A stretch of 64,000 nucleotides of DNA. It comes from Myxococcota bacterium. GTDB taxonomy: Bacteria > Myxococcota_A > SURF-8 > G963663525. The position numbers were made by a program, and so were the translations under genes. Shown here piece by piece: positions 19,753 to 29,993 of this stretch. Numbering within the stretch: the first letter of the stretch is position 1; every line of letters begins with the position of its first letter. The stretch is from assembly GCA_963676915.2 (NCBI GenBank), contig CAXXVK010000060.1, forward strand, positions 96,001 through 160,000, written 5' to 3'. The notes under the pieces are model-generated. The model did not search any database. It saw only the letters and a program-made list of their open reading frames with translations, and was not told where the DNA came from.

Positions 19753-20630
19753 AGGGTACTCCCTTTCTTTCGTGCTTGCAGCCAATCCGAAAGCGCTCGC
19801 CCGGCCAGTTCCAGCGCTGCAATTTGTCCTTGGTGGTCCAAAGGATGGGACGCCGTTTGCCGAAAGACGTTCACACTGTTTTCGAGCATTCGCCGTAGAC
19901 TTGCCTCGTCGGCGTGGAATTCCAGCGCTTGATTCGGAAAAGACATAAACATCGGCCGATCTCGGTTCTCGACGAATTCCACGCGCCAGCGTCCTCCGGT
20001 ACGAAATGCGAGTTCCAGCACCGGCTTGCCGTCGCACAGGCCGACTCGTCCTCCTTCGATCTCCAATGCCGAAGAGACGAGCAGGTTCATCAGTGGCAGA
20101 CAGGTGGCCAGAAAGGCGGGTTTGTCGGGTGGTTCCGGTCCGTTGTCGAACAATGCGGGCCATGCGCCCACCTGCACCACCAAAGGCGAGCCATCGGAAG
20201 CACCACGGAGCAGCGTTTCTATAAGCTCTTGATAATTCTCGTAAAAAAACTCCTGCTGACTGAAAACCAACGGCTTTTTCGATGTCTCGGCCAGGTCGAT
20301 CAGCCCTTTGAGGGCTTTGGTTTTGATCACCGGAGGCGATTCGAGAAACACCCCGATACCGCGTTCCAGCGCGGCCTGGGTAATTTCATGGTGCTTGCGA
20401 ATCGGTACGGCGATAAACACCGCATCGGGTCGTTGGCTGGCCATCATGTCGTGCCAGTCGGTGTACACGGGCATCTTCAAGTCGTCGCTGAGCCGAATTC
20501 CCTTGTGATGGTTCCGGGTAAACGCCGCCGATAAATTTACGTGGGACATTTGTCCCAGCGTTTTGCACAACAGGCGTCCTCTCGGACCCAATCCCAGTAC
20601 GGTTACATTTATCCTTTTGAACTCATTCAT
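19749..20630 (-). CDS. Gfo/Idh/MocA-like Rossmann-fold protein with degenerate motifs
   Basis: VLGLGPRG, PDAVFIAVP..H; the canonical EKP is replaced by ESP. Translationally coupled to the downstream fusion gene. Confidence 0.7.
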   Translation of the reverse strand: MNEFKRINVTVLGLGPRGRLLCKTLGQMSHVNLSAAFTRNHHKGIRLSDDLKMPVYTDWHDMMASQRPDAVFIAVPIRKHHEITQAALERGIGVFLESPPVIKTKALKGLIDLAETSKKPLVFSQQEFFYENYQELIETLLRGASDGSPLVVQVGAWPALFDNGPEPPDKPAFLATCLPLMNLLVSSALEIEGGRVGLCDGKPVLELAFRTGGRWRVEFVENRDRPMFMSFPNQALEFHADEASLRRMLENSVNVFRQTASHPLDHQGQIAALELAGRALSDWLQARKKGSTL

Positions 20631-20757
20631 ATTTTTACATCCGAAAAACTTGTAAAAGTTCCGAAGCAAAAGCTTCGGGGTACCATCGTCTCACGAACTG
20701 AAAAGTCCGGGAGGCTGTGCAACCTGCTGAAAACACAGTCTTTAGCGCTTGACGTGT

Positions 20758-21236
20758 CGTAAAGACCGGTGACATAAGTAACAGGTTGATGATGTCTGCG
20801 AGACCTTTTTTTGCGTTTTTTTGAGGCATGGGCCAATGGGAAGGGGATGCGGATTGTTCCGAGGTCTTCCCGTATCGCGCCGGTTATCCCTGGCAAGTTG
20901 CGCGCCCGCAGAGCCGCTTCCGTTTCACCGGTCTTGTTCATGGTACGACTCCTTCCGTTCCCGGTCAAGGCGTCGCGGATGAAGCACAAGTGGGTTCGGC
21001 CCGCGTCCATCCAGAATCAAGACGCGAAAACGGGAGAAATACACGTTCCACACTCCGTCCGTTCGCTTTTCAAGATGGCGTGGACGGTGCTGGGCACGGA
21101 CCAGGTGATCTCGGGATGCCGTCGTTCGAGCACTCTTTGTAACGTACGTGCTCCCCACTCACGCAAATCAAGCGAACCTCCTTTGACAGACGTTCAGCGT
21201 ACCTGAAAAGTGTTACCTACGTCCCCGAACCAAACA
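20758..21236 (-). mobile_element. Internally deleted IS481-family relic
   Basis: 26-bp imperfect terminal inverted repeats (TGTTTGGTTCGGGGACGTAGGTAACA and CGTAAAGACCGGTGACATAAGTAACA). Minus-strand fragments WGARTLQRVLERRHPEITWSVPSTVHAILK and DGVWNVYFSRFRV resemble IS481 transposase N- and C-terminal segments; the DDE core is absent. Confidence 0.8.
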
Positions 21237-21472
21237 CCTCGCGGAGCAAGGAAGGCTGTGTTTTCCATGTGATGCACTCCTTGAATAACCCGTGACGACA
21301 CGATCCAACTTCTTTTTCGATATTCAAATATTTTGTCGTCTTGGCAGAATGATTGTCCTGTGGCATTGTACGAGAAACATCGGATTTTCCATTGACCGTT
21401 CGTCGGATCGCCTAGATAAATGAGGCACGACCCGTTGACCGTTCACACAAATGTTTTCCTGGAAAGTGACGA

Positions 21473-24019
21473 ATGATGGACGAGATTCAAGCGATGCTCG
21501 ACCGGGCAGTATCCCGGCGCGTGTTTCCCGGTGCGGTGCTTTGGCTGCGTCATGGCTCCCGACAATGGACGTTTTCGGCGGGAAAAACCGGCTATCTTCC
21601 TGATAGCCAGGCCGTCACTCCGGATACCCGCTACGACCTCGCCTCCCTGACCAAATCGCTGGCCACCGCCTCTGTCGCGGCGGCGCTCGTTCAAAACGGC
21701 ACTCTCGATCCTTTCGCCCCGGTGGCGTCGGTCGTCCCCGAATGGCGGGAATCCGACCGAAACGCCTTGAAAATCCACCACTTATTGCAGCACACCTCGG
21801 GGCTTCCCGCCTGGAAACCGCTGTACGAAACCTTGCAGCCGCAAAGAAACGTTCCCTCACCAGACTACGATGAGGAAGAATGGAAAAACGTCCGTGATTC
21901 CAAGCTGTTGCCTTTATTGAACGACCTGGAGCGCCACCATCCTCCAGGGGAGTGCGCTCTCTACAGCGACATGGGATTCCTGCTGTTGCAGATTGTTTTA
22001 GAGCGCCTGGGCAACGCCCGAATGGATGCCTTGTTCGAGACCCATGTGAAAACTCGTTTCAATGAATTGGCACTGACGTATGGTGGCCATTTCCCGAATG
22101 AAATCACGGCTCCCACCGAATTCTGTCCTTATCGCCTACGGATGATCCAAAGCGAAGTCCACGACACCAACGCCTGGTCGCTAGGCGGCATCGCTTCCCA
22201 TGCAGGACTGTTCGGCACGGCCAAAGCCGTGGCCACCGTTCTCGACGAATGGGCCGCCGCCTATCAAGGAAAAAGCAGGATTTTCGAAAGGGAAACCGTC
22301 TGCCGTTTCCTGATTCCCGACGACTACCCGCAGGCGACCTCGATGGTGTGGGGCTGGGATCGTCCCACCTTCAAAACATCATCTGCCGGGTTGCATATCT
22401 CCCCGCATTCGTTCGGTTTTCTCGGATTCACCGGAACGAGCGCATGGCACGATCCCGACCGGGATATCTCCGTCGTGCTGCTCACCAACCGGGTGCATCC
22501 ATCGTCCCAGGCGCTGGCGATTCGCCGCTTCCGACCTTTGTTGCATACGAAAATCTGGGAGATCCTCGGCGCTACCGAGTCCGGTCCCTGGGGTCCGCTG
22601 CCATCGAAAGACGAAACCCGCAGCATTCACTTTATCGGCATCGCCGGAACCGGCATGGGATCGCTGGCCGGACTGGCCAAGGAGGCCGGGTTCGAGGTCA
22701 CGGGTTCGGATGAAAACGTCTACCCGCCGATGTCCGAAGTTTTAGCGGACCAGGGAATCGAGGTCAAAACGCCGTTTTCGGCAGAAAACCTCGACGGTAA
22801 AAGCGACCTCGTGGTGGTGGGTAACGTCTGCACGCGAAATCACGAAGAAGCGCTGACGGTTCGTCGTAAACAACTGGCTTACGACAGCTTCGCAGGGGCA
22901 TTGTCCCGGCTGTTTCTGGTCGAGCGTCGTCCGCTGGTCGTGGCCGGAACCCACGGAAAAACCACCACCAGTTCGATTCTACATTGGTTGTTGCACGAAA
23001 CCGGCGCCGATCCGGGCTACCTTATCGGTGGCCGGGTTCCGCCTTTCAACCGGGGATTCCGTTGGGGTTCTGGAGATTATTTCGTAGTCGAAGGCGACGA
23101 ATACGACAGCGCTTATTTCGATAAAGCCCCGAAATTCCTGCACTATCGTCCGCAACACGCCATCATTACTTCCTGTGAATTCGACCACGCCGACATCTAC
23201 GACGATGCGGACGAAATCGAGGCACGGTTTCGACAATTCGCGAATCTCGTCCCGGCCTCCGGCGTCATCGCCGCTTGCTGGGACTGGCCTCGCGTGCGTC
23301 GAGCCGTTTCCGAGGCACAGGCGCGAATCGTTTCCTACGGACTTCACGCCGACGCCGAGTGGCGTCCCGAAGTGCTGGCTTTCGAGGAAAACGGCACCCG
23401 TTTTCGTATCATCCAGGGAACAAAAGTACGACTTGAAGCCCACTGGCCGCAGGGAGGCATGCACAACCTGCTCAATCTTTGCGCAACGTTGATCCTGCTC
23501 GACGCCATAGGGGTGGATTTCGAGAAACTGCCGAAAGCGCTGGAACGATTCGAAGGAGTGGACCGGCGTCAGCAAGTTCTTGAAATCGTAAACGATATCA
23601 GAATTATAGACGATTTTGCCCACCATCCTACCGCCATTGAGGTAACGCTCGACGCCCTGAAGAACCGCTATCCCAAAGGACGGCTGGTGGCGGTGTTCGA
23701 TCCTCGCACCAACACCACGAGCCGCAACGTGTTGCAGCATGAACTGGAAACCTGCTGGAGCTGTGCGGACGCCGTGTTCGTCGGGCCTCCTTCACGCCCG
23801 GATCGCATCGCCCCGGAGCATCGGCTCGACGTGCACCATCTCGTAACCTCCCTGCGGCAACGCTCGAAACCGGCCTGTGCGGAGGAATCTCCGGATGCCC
23901 TGCTCCCAAAGGTGTTGGAGTTCGTTCATCCCGGTGACACGGTGGCGGTGTTATCCAACGGAGGCTTCGGCGGCTTTCACCGCAAACTGATCGAGGCGCT
24001 TGGAAAAACCAAGGGTTGA
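21473..24019 (+). CDS. mpl: Fusion of a beta-lactamase-family serine hydrolase and murein peptide ligase Mpl
   Basis: N-half: DLASLTK (SxxK), LLQHTSGL, YSDMGF, VHDTNA, GFTGTS, LLTNRVHP. C-half: HFIGIAGTGMG, GSDENVYPPMS, VAGTHGKTTT, EGDEYDSAYFDK, DDFAHHPTAI. Confidence 0.88.
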   Translation: MMDEIQAMLDRAVSRRVFPGAVLWLRHGSRQWTFSAGKTGYLPDSQAVTPDTRYDLASLTKSLATASVAAALVQNGTLDPFAPVASVVPEWRESDRNALKIHHLLQHTSGLPAWKPLYETLQPQRNVPSPDYDEEEWKNVRDSKLLPLLNDLERHHPPGECALYSDMGFLLLQIVLERLGNARMDALFETHVKTRFNELALTYGGHFPNEITAPTEFCPYRLRMIQSEVHDTNAWSLGGIASHAGLFGTAKAVATVLDEWAAAYQGKSRIFERETVCRFLIPDDYPQATSMVWGWDRPTFKTSSAGLHISPHSFGFLGFTGTSAWHDPDRDISVVLLTNRVHPSSQALAIRRFRPLLHTKIWEILGATESGPWGPLPSKDETRSIHFIGIAGTGMGSLAGLAKEAGFEVTGSDENVYPPMSEVLADQGIEVKTPFSAENLDGKSDLVVVGNVCTRNHEEALTVRRKQLAYDSFAGALSRLFLVERRPLVVAGTHGKTTTSSILHWLLHETGADPGYLIGGRVPPFNRGFRWGSGDYFVVEGDEYDSAYFDKAPKFLHYRPQHAIITSCEFDHADIYDDADEIEARFRQFANLVPASGVIAACWDWPRVRRAVSEAQARIVSYGLHADAEWRPEVLAFEENGTRFRIIQGTKVRLEAHWPQGGMHNLLNLCATLILLDAIGVDFEKLPKALERFEGVDRRQQVLEIVNDIRIIDDFAHHPTAIEVTLDALKNRYPKGRLVAVFDPRTNTTSRNVLQHELETCWSCADAVFVGPPSRPDRIAPEHRLDVHHLVTSLRQRSKPACAEESPDALLPKVLEFVHPGDTVAVLSNGGFGGFHRKLIEALGKTKG

Positions 24020-24124
24020 GCTTACCGATAGTTCCGGCTATAGTGATCGTCTTACAGGGAAACGGCGCTTGTTCGTGGTCGAAGGGACCATGTACCCGTT
24101 TCGTTTGCAATTGATACCGGTGCC

Positions 24125-25750
24125 ATGAATCGTTCGATTGTTGCAACTACTATGGCGATGCTTTTGGGGTGCTTCGTCCTGCTTTCCACCGCCTGCTGGG
24201 AAACCGATTCCGGCCTGGGTGTTGTGGACGTTTTCAACGTGACGGTACCCGCCGAGCAGGTTCGGGGAGATATTTCCGTACGCTACGTGCTGCGGGCCGA
24301 TCCGGCGCAACTGGTTCAAATTGCAGTGGAATACTGCCTTTCCGACGATACCTGCCTTGAGGCGACACCCGCCGTTTCCGGTGGTGCCGGTTTCGGCATG
24401 GCCGCTGAACCATCGGGTTCGCGACACGAATTCGTATGGGATAGTTTTGCCGACCTTGGAAACCAAGAGCAGTCGTTGACCGTTCGGGTGCGAGCCGCCA
24501 ACAACCATTTGGAAACACAGGGAATTTCGGTCTCTTTCGTCGTCGTCAACAACAACCTCACCCCAAGTATCGAAGGCAAAATCCCGGAAAATAAAAGCCT
24601 CCCGGCTTCCGTGGCGTTTTCCGTATCCGATCCCGAAGACGATCCCGTATCGGTTCGCGGGGAATACTCGCTGGACTCCGGTTCGACTTGGAAGGATGCA
24701 TCGCTAGTTGGAACGCTCGATGCACTCGATTCCAGTGAAAACGCCGGTTCAACCGAGGTTTTCTGGAATGCCGCCGAAGACTTAGGTACGGCAGGATTCG
24801 ACAACCTGCGCTTGAAACTGATACCCAGCGACACGTTGGGAGACGGAACACCGTGGATCAGCGATTCGTTTTCCCTTCCAAATGAGGCGACTCCGACGCT
24901 CGTTCTCGTTTCGCCTTCCAGCGCCGTCCGGTACGACGTGCCATTGCAGTTCACGCTGTTCGGTAACGCAGATGAGCGCTACTCGGTGTTTTTCCGTTAT
25001 TCGATGGACGGTTCGGAGTATTTCGACGCCAGCCAACAGGCTTCGGCGGTGGATGGCGCGACCCGCTTGAGAGCCGATGCTCGGGGAGTGGAACATCTGT
25101 TTACCTGGGATTCCGTCGCCGACCTCGGGCAAAGCACAGCTCGTGGACTGGTTGTGGAAGCTTCGTTGGCCGATGCGTATGGCAAGTTGCTGGAAGACAT
25201 CTCCGTGCGACGAACAGACGCCTTCGATGTGGTGAACAGCCCGGTGTCCGTTGGACCGCTGATCAGTGAAATCTGCCTGCACGACGCCGACGGTCCTGGT
25301 TTTGTGGAAATCTACGGGCAACCCGGCTACCTGCTCGACGGCATCCGTCTGTTGGAATTCGACCGCCGGGGTGTGGATTACATTCCGATGAACCGGGGGT
25401 ATGTCGATCTCGACGGAATAGAAATTCCCGAAAGCGGGCTGGTGGTCGTCACCGCTCCGGGTGGATACGACGCCGCCGACCTCATCGAGGGCCGTTTCGC
25501 CAGCTTTTTCGAGATCCCGCCGCCGGAAAGTCTCGTTCTGACCCGACCTGCCGTGGACAATAGCTATGACCGCGTGGGAATGGGCAATTTCGCCGATGCG
25601 GGTTACGTCTTCGCGGGGGAAGGCTCACCCGCTCCGTATCCCGGAGACGGCCTCTGCCTGCACCGCGTGTTCAGCAATACCGATTCGGACGACAATTCGG
25701 TGGATTTCGTGCTGGCTCCGCCATCTCCCGGAGAAGGCTTCGTCTGGTAA
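24125..25750 (+). CDS. Lipoprotein with three repeated beta-sandwich modules and a C-terminal lamin-tail-like domain
   Basis: Lipobox STAC; repeated WDS.ADLG/WNAAEDLG motif; LISEI..FVEIYG and DSDDNSVDF...PSPG. Confidence 0.65.
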   Translation: MNRSIVATTMAMLLGCFVLLSTACWETDSGLGVVDVFNVTVPAEQVRGDISVRYVLRADPAQLVQIAVEYCLSDDTCLEATPAVSGGAGFGMAAEPSGSRHEFVWDSFADLGNQEQSLTVRVRAANNHLETQGISVSFVVVNNNLTPSIEGKIPENKSLPASVAFSVSDPEDDPVSVRGEYSLDSGSTWKDASLVGTLDALDSSENAGSTEVFWNAAEDLGTAGFDNLRLKLIPSDTLGDGTPWISDSFSLPNEATPTLVLVSPSSAVRYDVPLQFTLFGNADERYSVFFRYSMDGSEYFDASQQASAVDGATRLRADARGVEHLFTWDSVADLGQSTARGLVVEASLADAYGKLLEDISVRRTDAFDVVNSPVSVGPLISEICLHDADGPGFVEIYGQPGYLLDGIRLLEFDRRGVDYIPMNRGYVDLDGIEIPESGLVVVTAPGGYDAADLIEGRFASFFEIPPPESLVLTRPAVDNSYDRVGMGNFADAGYVFAGEGSPAPYPGDGLCLHRVFSNTDSDDNSVDFVLAPPSPGEGFVW

Positions 25751-25777
25751 CAACCCGTGATCCCAAGGATCGATTAC

Positions 25778-27292
25778 ATGCGTAACATCCCGGTTTCAAA
25801 CGTTTTTGCGATTTTCCTATTGTCGGCTTCGTTGCTGGTCGGCTGGGCCTGTTCGGATGACGGAGACTCCCAAGGACCGTCTGACGAAGATATCGACAAC
25901 TCCGAAGTGGCAGATTCGGACATGGAGCCGGAAACAAGAGGAAGAAGCCTTGCCGACCTGCCAAACCGAAGGATGTACGGGCGGGTGGATCTGCGACGAA
26001 ACCACAGAGATTTGCCGGGAATGCACTACCAACGACGAATGCGCCGCACAGTATACCACCGAAGGTTTTTTGCGTTGCGAACAGGGCGCTTGCGTGACGT
26101 ATTCCTGCTCGGCTCCCGAACTACCCGACCCCTTTCCCGCCGCCTCTCCTTATAGCGGCTGGCCTAATCCCCGGCTGGATGCCGACCGTCAACTGATCGT
26201 GCAATACCTGGATTCTCCCATGCGTCTGTTCCCATTGGGCATCGAGGGAATTTCGATGGACAAAATGGACGAAGCGAAAGAGGCCGGGTTTACATTTATC
26301 AAAGCGAATACCGCTTGTTGCAGCGTGACATCGCTCGATGAACAACTCAATTACCTGCGAAAAGGCAATGCAGAAGGACTATATGTCGTGCTGAAACCTT
26401 TCGATCCTCCCTGGCAGGTCGAAGACCCTTACGACGCTTTCTGTTTTGCAGGCTCTAAGCGACCGTGTCTCAGTGGACAGCCAGTCGTTGCTCTTGTGGC
26501 TCGGGTTCGAGCACCCATCTGTGGTTTTTAAAGGACGAGACGATTTCTCCAGTTATTTCGATAAGATGAAGCAGGCCGTTGTACGAAATCGATGATTCGC
26601 AAAACCGGCCGATGGTCGTGTCGGATCTTCCAGGAACATCGCTGGCTCAACGTGCGTCCGATGCCGCGATTTTATGGCCCACTCTCCCATACGATCCCGC
26701 AGAGGCATATACGGAAATTCTCTCCATGCGCACCGCCCTTCCCAATACGACCATCTGGGCGCGGCTTCCCGTCGTTCCTTCGGAATGGATCGACTGCCTG
26801 CAAAACGATACCTGCCCTCCGGCACAAACCGGGGACGGACCGGACATGGATACCCTGAAACGGCTCGGTATGGCGGCTTTGGCCGCCGGTGCGGACGGCC
26901 TCGTGATGTGGGGTTACGAATACGCCGCCTACACGCTGGACGACCGCCCCGCTCGTTGGGAACAACTCAAAGGGCTGGCCTCGTGGTTCGACGAACGCAG
27001 CGGCGTGTTTATGGCCGGAATTCCCAGTCAGATCATGGCTGTGGATAACACTAGCATAGGTGTTTTTCAGCGTGAAACCGACAAGTTGCATTACGCCTAT
27101 CTCGTCAATCCGACAACCGGGCCGATTTCTGCAAAAGTGACGCTTCCCGGTGACGAAGGCTTGCGCTGTCTTGCGGGAATCGAAGGCTCGGACATGGAAT
27201 TGACCGCAGATCTCGTGCAGGACGTAACGCTGCAAGGTGGGGAAATCAGGCGAATTACCCTTGGAGAACCACGCAGGATAGAGCAGAAATAA
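25778..27292 (+). CDS. Lipoprotein with a Cys-rich segment and a glycoside-hydrolase-like TIM barrel; split by apparent frameshifts
   Basis: Lipobox GWAC and acidic linker; the coding sense continues through ORFs 25806-26531 and 26579-27292 (FPLGI, EAGFT, AGADGLVMWGY). Confidence 0.55.
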
Positions 27293-27463
27293 GTGGTTTC
27301 CGCACGTGTGACGATAACAGACAACGGGTGGCACGGTCCAAGCGGCGTGAAACGTCAGGTTGCCCGTGATCGAACGATGACCATGAGCAACCTGCGGTTC
27401 GCCCATACCACCCACTTAAAGACAAAGTATAACGGCTATAAACAACCCGCGACGATACGATCT

Positions 27464-27500
27464 AAAAAAAAACCGCCGGATCGTTTTGATCCGGCGGTTT
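27464..27500. terminator. Bidirectional intrinsic terminator
   Basis: A run, CCGCCGGATC-GTTTT-GATCCGGCGG, TTTT; between convergent genes. Confidence 0.85.
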
Positions 27501-27539
27501 TCGTTTGTCGAAAATTCGTTCTGCTGTCGTCTTCTCGTT

Positions 27540-27998
27540 CTACCAGACTTCCGGGTAGCCGATATCCACGAACGCCTTTTCCATTTTGTGCTTGTGTTCG
27601 AGTTCCATGGCGGCCAGTTGGGAAAAGGTTTTGTGAATCTGAGCGTTTTCAGTCTTGGCCGCCATTTGCGTGTAAAACTCGTAGGCTGTCTGCTCTTTTT
27701 TCATGGCCAAAGCAATGGCGTCCGCCGGTTTGAGGTCGATACTCAGCTCGGGTTCTTCGGTGATTTCGGCCAGTTTGAAATCAACCTCCGGTCGCGTGAA
27801 CCGGCTGATGACATCCTGGTCGTTCTTGATTCGCTCGAGCGTGTTTTTGTGCCCGAGTTCTTCGTTGGCCAGTTGCTCGAACAGTTCCTTGACGACCGGG
27901 TTTTTCATATACTTGGCCACTTCCAGGTAAAACGTACGAGCTTCCACTTCTCCCTCGATCGCCCAATCGAGGATTTGTTCAAATTCCTTGCGTTCCAT
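27540..27998 (-). CDS. Ferritin-like / rubrerythrin-family di-iron protein
   Basis: Duplicated E...FY...ExxH helices (AIEGEVEARTFY..EELGHK; AMKKEQTAYEFY..MELEHK). Confidence 0.9.
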   Translation of the reverse strand: MERKEFEQILDWAIEGEVEARTFYLEVAKYMKNPVVKELFEQLANEELGHKNTLERIKNDQDVISRFTRPEVDFKLAEITEEPELSIDLKPADAIALAMKKEQTAYEFYTQMAAKTENAQIHKTFSQLAAMELEHKHKMEKAFVDIGYPEVW

Positions 27999-28126
27999 TG
28001 CTATGGCTCCTTCCCTTGGTTCGTTCAGAAATTTTCATCCAGAATATGGAGTATACAGTAAGAACGCTTTGCGGACCAAGCAATGGTAAAAAATATGGAA
28101 TCGTTTCTTTTTAGTGCAGAACGTCG

Positions 28127-28870
28127 TTATCTGACTCGTTTGGACAACATCAGCATCGTCTGGTTGCGGTCTTCCATTTCGAGACAGGCTTCCAGCCCCG
28201 CTGCATCGATGTTCATGTTGATCGCTTCTTTGGTGACCCGCAGACCGAAAGGATCGCGCTTGAGCATCGTCCAGGCCAATTCTTCAGCGGTTTCCAGCAG
28301 TTTTTCGCGGGGAACCCGTCGGCTGGCAAAGCCCAGGTTCATGGCGTCTTCGTCGCTCATCCAATTGCCGGTCATCAGGAATTCGTTGGCCCGACCCGAG
28401 CCGATCAACCTCGGCAAAAAGTAACTGGCCGCCATGTCCGCACCGCCAAGACCGATTTTGATGTACGCGGCGTTGAAGCGGCTACCTTCGGCGATCACCC
28501 GCACGTCCGAAGCCATCGCCATGGAAAATCCCAGCCCGGCTGCGGCCCCATGCACGGCACTGATGATCGGCTGCGGTGCCTGACGCATCGCCAGCAAAGG
28601 ACGAGACAAACGCCGTTGGGCATCGTAGACTTCACGGGGCTGCATAGCGAAAATCTGCGGTCCGAAACTTTCCATATCCAATCCGGCGCAAAATCCTTTG
28701 GCGTTCCCACCATCGAGAAGGATTACACCTACGCTGTCATCGTAACGACGTTCGCGCCAGAACTCGTGGAGTTCGCGGATCATCGTTTCGTTGACGGCGT
28801 TGTATTTGTCGGGACGGTTGAGCGTCAGACGTCCCAGTCGGCCTTCTGTGGTGTATGTCAACGTTTCCAT
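28127..28870 (-). CDS. Enoyl-CoA hydratase/isomerase family protein
   Basis: LTLNRPDKYNAVN, FCAGLDM, PQPIISAVHGAAAGLG, SYFLPRLIG. Confidence 0.92.
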   Translation of the reverse strand: METLTYTTEGRLGRLTLNRPDKYNAVNETMIRELHEFWRERRYDDSVGVILLDGGNAKGFCAGLDMESFGPQIFAMQPREVYDAQRRLSRPLLAMRQAPQPIISAVHGAAAGLGFSMAMASDVRVIAEGSRFNAAYIKIGLGGADMAASYFLPRLIGSGRANEFLMTGNWMSDEDAMNLGFASRRVPREKLLETAEELAWTMLKRDPFGLRVTKEAINMNIDAAGLEACLEMEDRNQTMLMLSKRVR

Positions 28871-28994
28871 GGAAAATCCTCCCTATGGATAAAAAGTGTC
28901 GAGGTTGCCCTTTACTGGAAATCGTCCATCGTGTTTCAAGGTGAAACCAGATGGAAATCAAAGGGTTGGGTTGTATGCTTCGGCTGTTTTCGGA

Positions 28995-29517
28995 TTATTT
29001 GCCTAAATGTTTTTCCACACCCCGATTGACTTTCACGAGGTTTGGCTTGACCAACGCCAGCACCAGTTTTTCGACCTGACCGGTAATGGATTTCGCCAAG
29101 AATTTCGGGATCATCGGATGACGTGCGAGGTCGAGGTTGAGTTCACCCGTCAGCTTTACTTTCGTGCCGTCACCTTCGGCCGTGAAATAGTTGCGCCCAT
29201 GCACGTCGATGTACTCGCTCAGGAAAATCATTTCGTAGGCGGTAATCCACGAAATAACCGTCGTTGTCCCACTGCGCGTGATCGATGTAACCCAACTGTT
29301 CTGGCTTGATAAACTTCGACAGTGCCTTGGGAATCCGGTTTTCCAGCATCCAGCGGTTGACCAGTTTCAGCTTGTTGCCCGGCAATTCCTCGCGCTCGTC
29401 GCAGGAGATCGATTTGACGTCCGGGAGGTACTCGATCAGTTCGGGAAGCTTGTCCCGCATGGTGGAAAACACGTCGTCGAGTGCAAATGGAACCTGGTCG
29501 ATGACTTCGAATTGCAT
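28995..29517 (-). CDS. START/SRPBCC-like (DUF2505-like) protein; one apparent frameshift near 29237
   Basis: ORFs 29170-29517 and 28995-29231 join into one coherent protein of about 174 aa if one base is removed. Confidence 0.6.
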
Positions 29518-29993
29518 GGAGCCTCCTTGCCAAAGAAAATCGATAAGATAGATTCAACGTTTGTTTTCGTCGCTGCCGTCCAGAATAGTCCAAACGCCAG
29601 AAAAAACGGAACGAAATTCTTGTAATTCTTGTTTCGTTGGCAGGATGTAAAACGGAAGAGAAACCGATGCCCTCTTCAAAACGTTGATTCCAGCCGGTCG
29701 GATCATTCTTTGCTTGAATTCTTCCTGACTGTAACATTCCGTATTTAAACGCTTTTTACGATATCTGGACCAAGAAAACATCTCTTTTTTCAACGGAGAC
29801 GAAGAATACACTCCTTAATGTTTGGATGATAAAACACAGTTAAGGACTTGAAATAATGAAAACTATCCTTATCTTAGCGAAACCGAGATGCGCTGCATCA
29901 TGAAAGGAAAAATGGGATTCGGTGAAGGATACGCATAACCAATAGGCAAACAGCTATCGAATCCCCAACAAATGACAACGAAAGGTACGGATC

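Noticed and set aside
19753-20163. 137-aa N-terminal extension of the oxidoreductase-radical SAM ORF in the track
   Set aside because: It overlaps the upstream gene in another frame; a TTG with an RBS at 19752 fits the Rossmann-fold start.
29554-29811. 85-aa ORF in the divergent intergenic region
   Set aside because: No recognisable motif and atypical composition; more likely promoter DNA.
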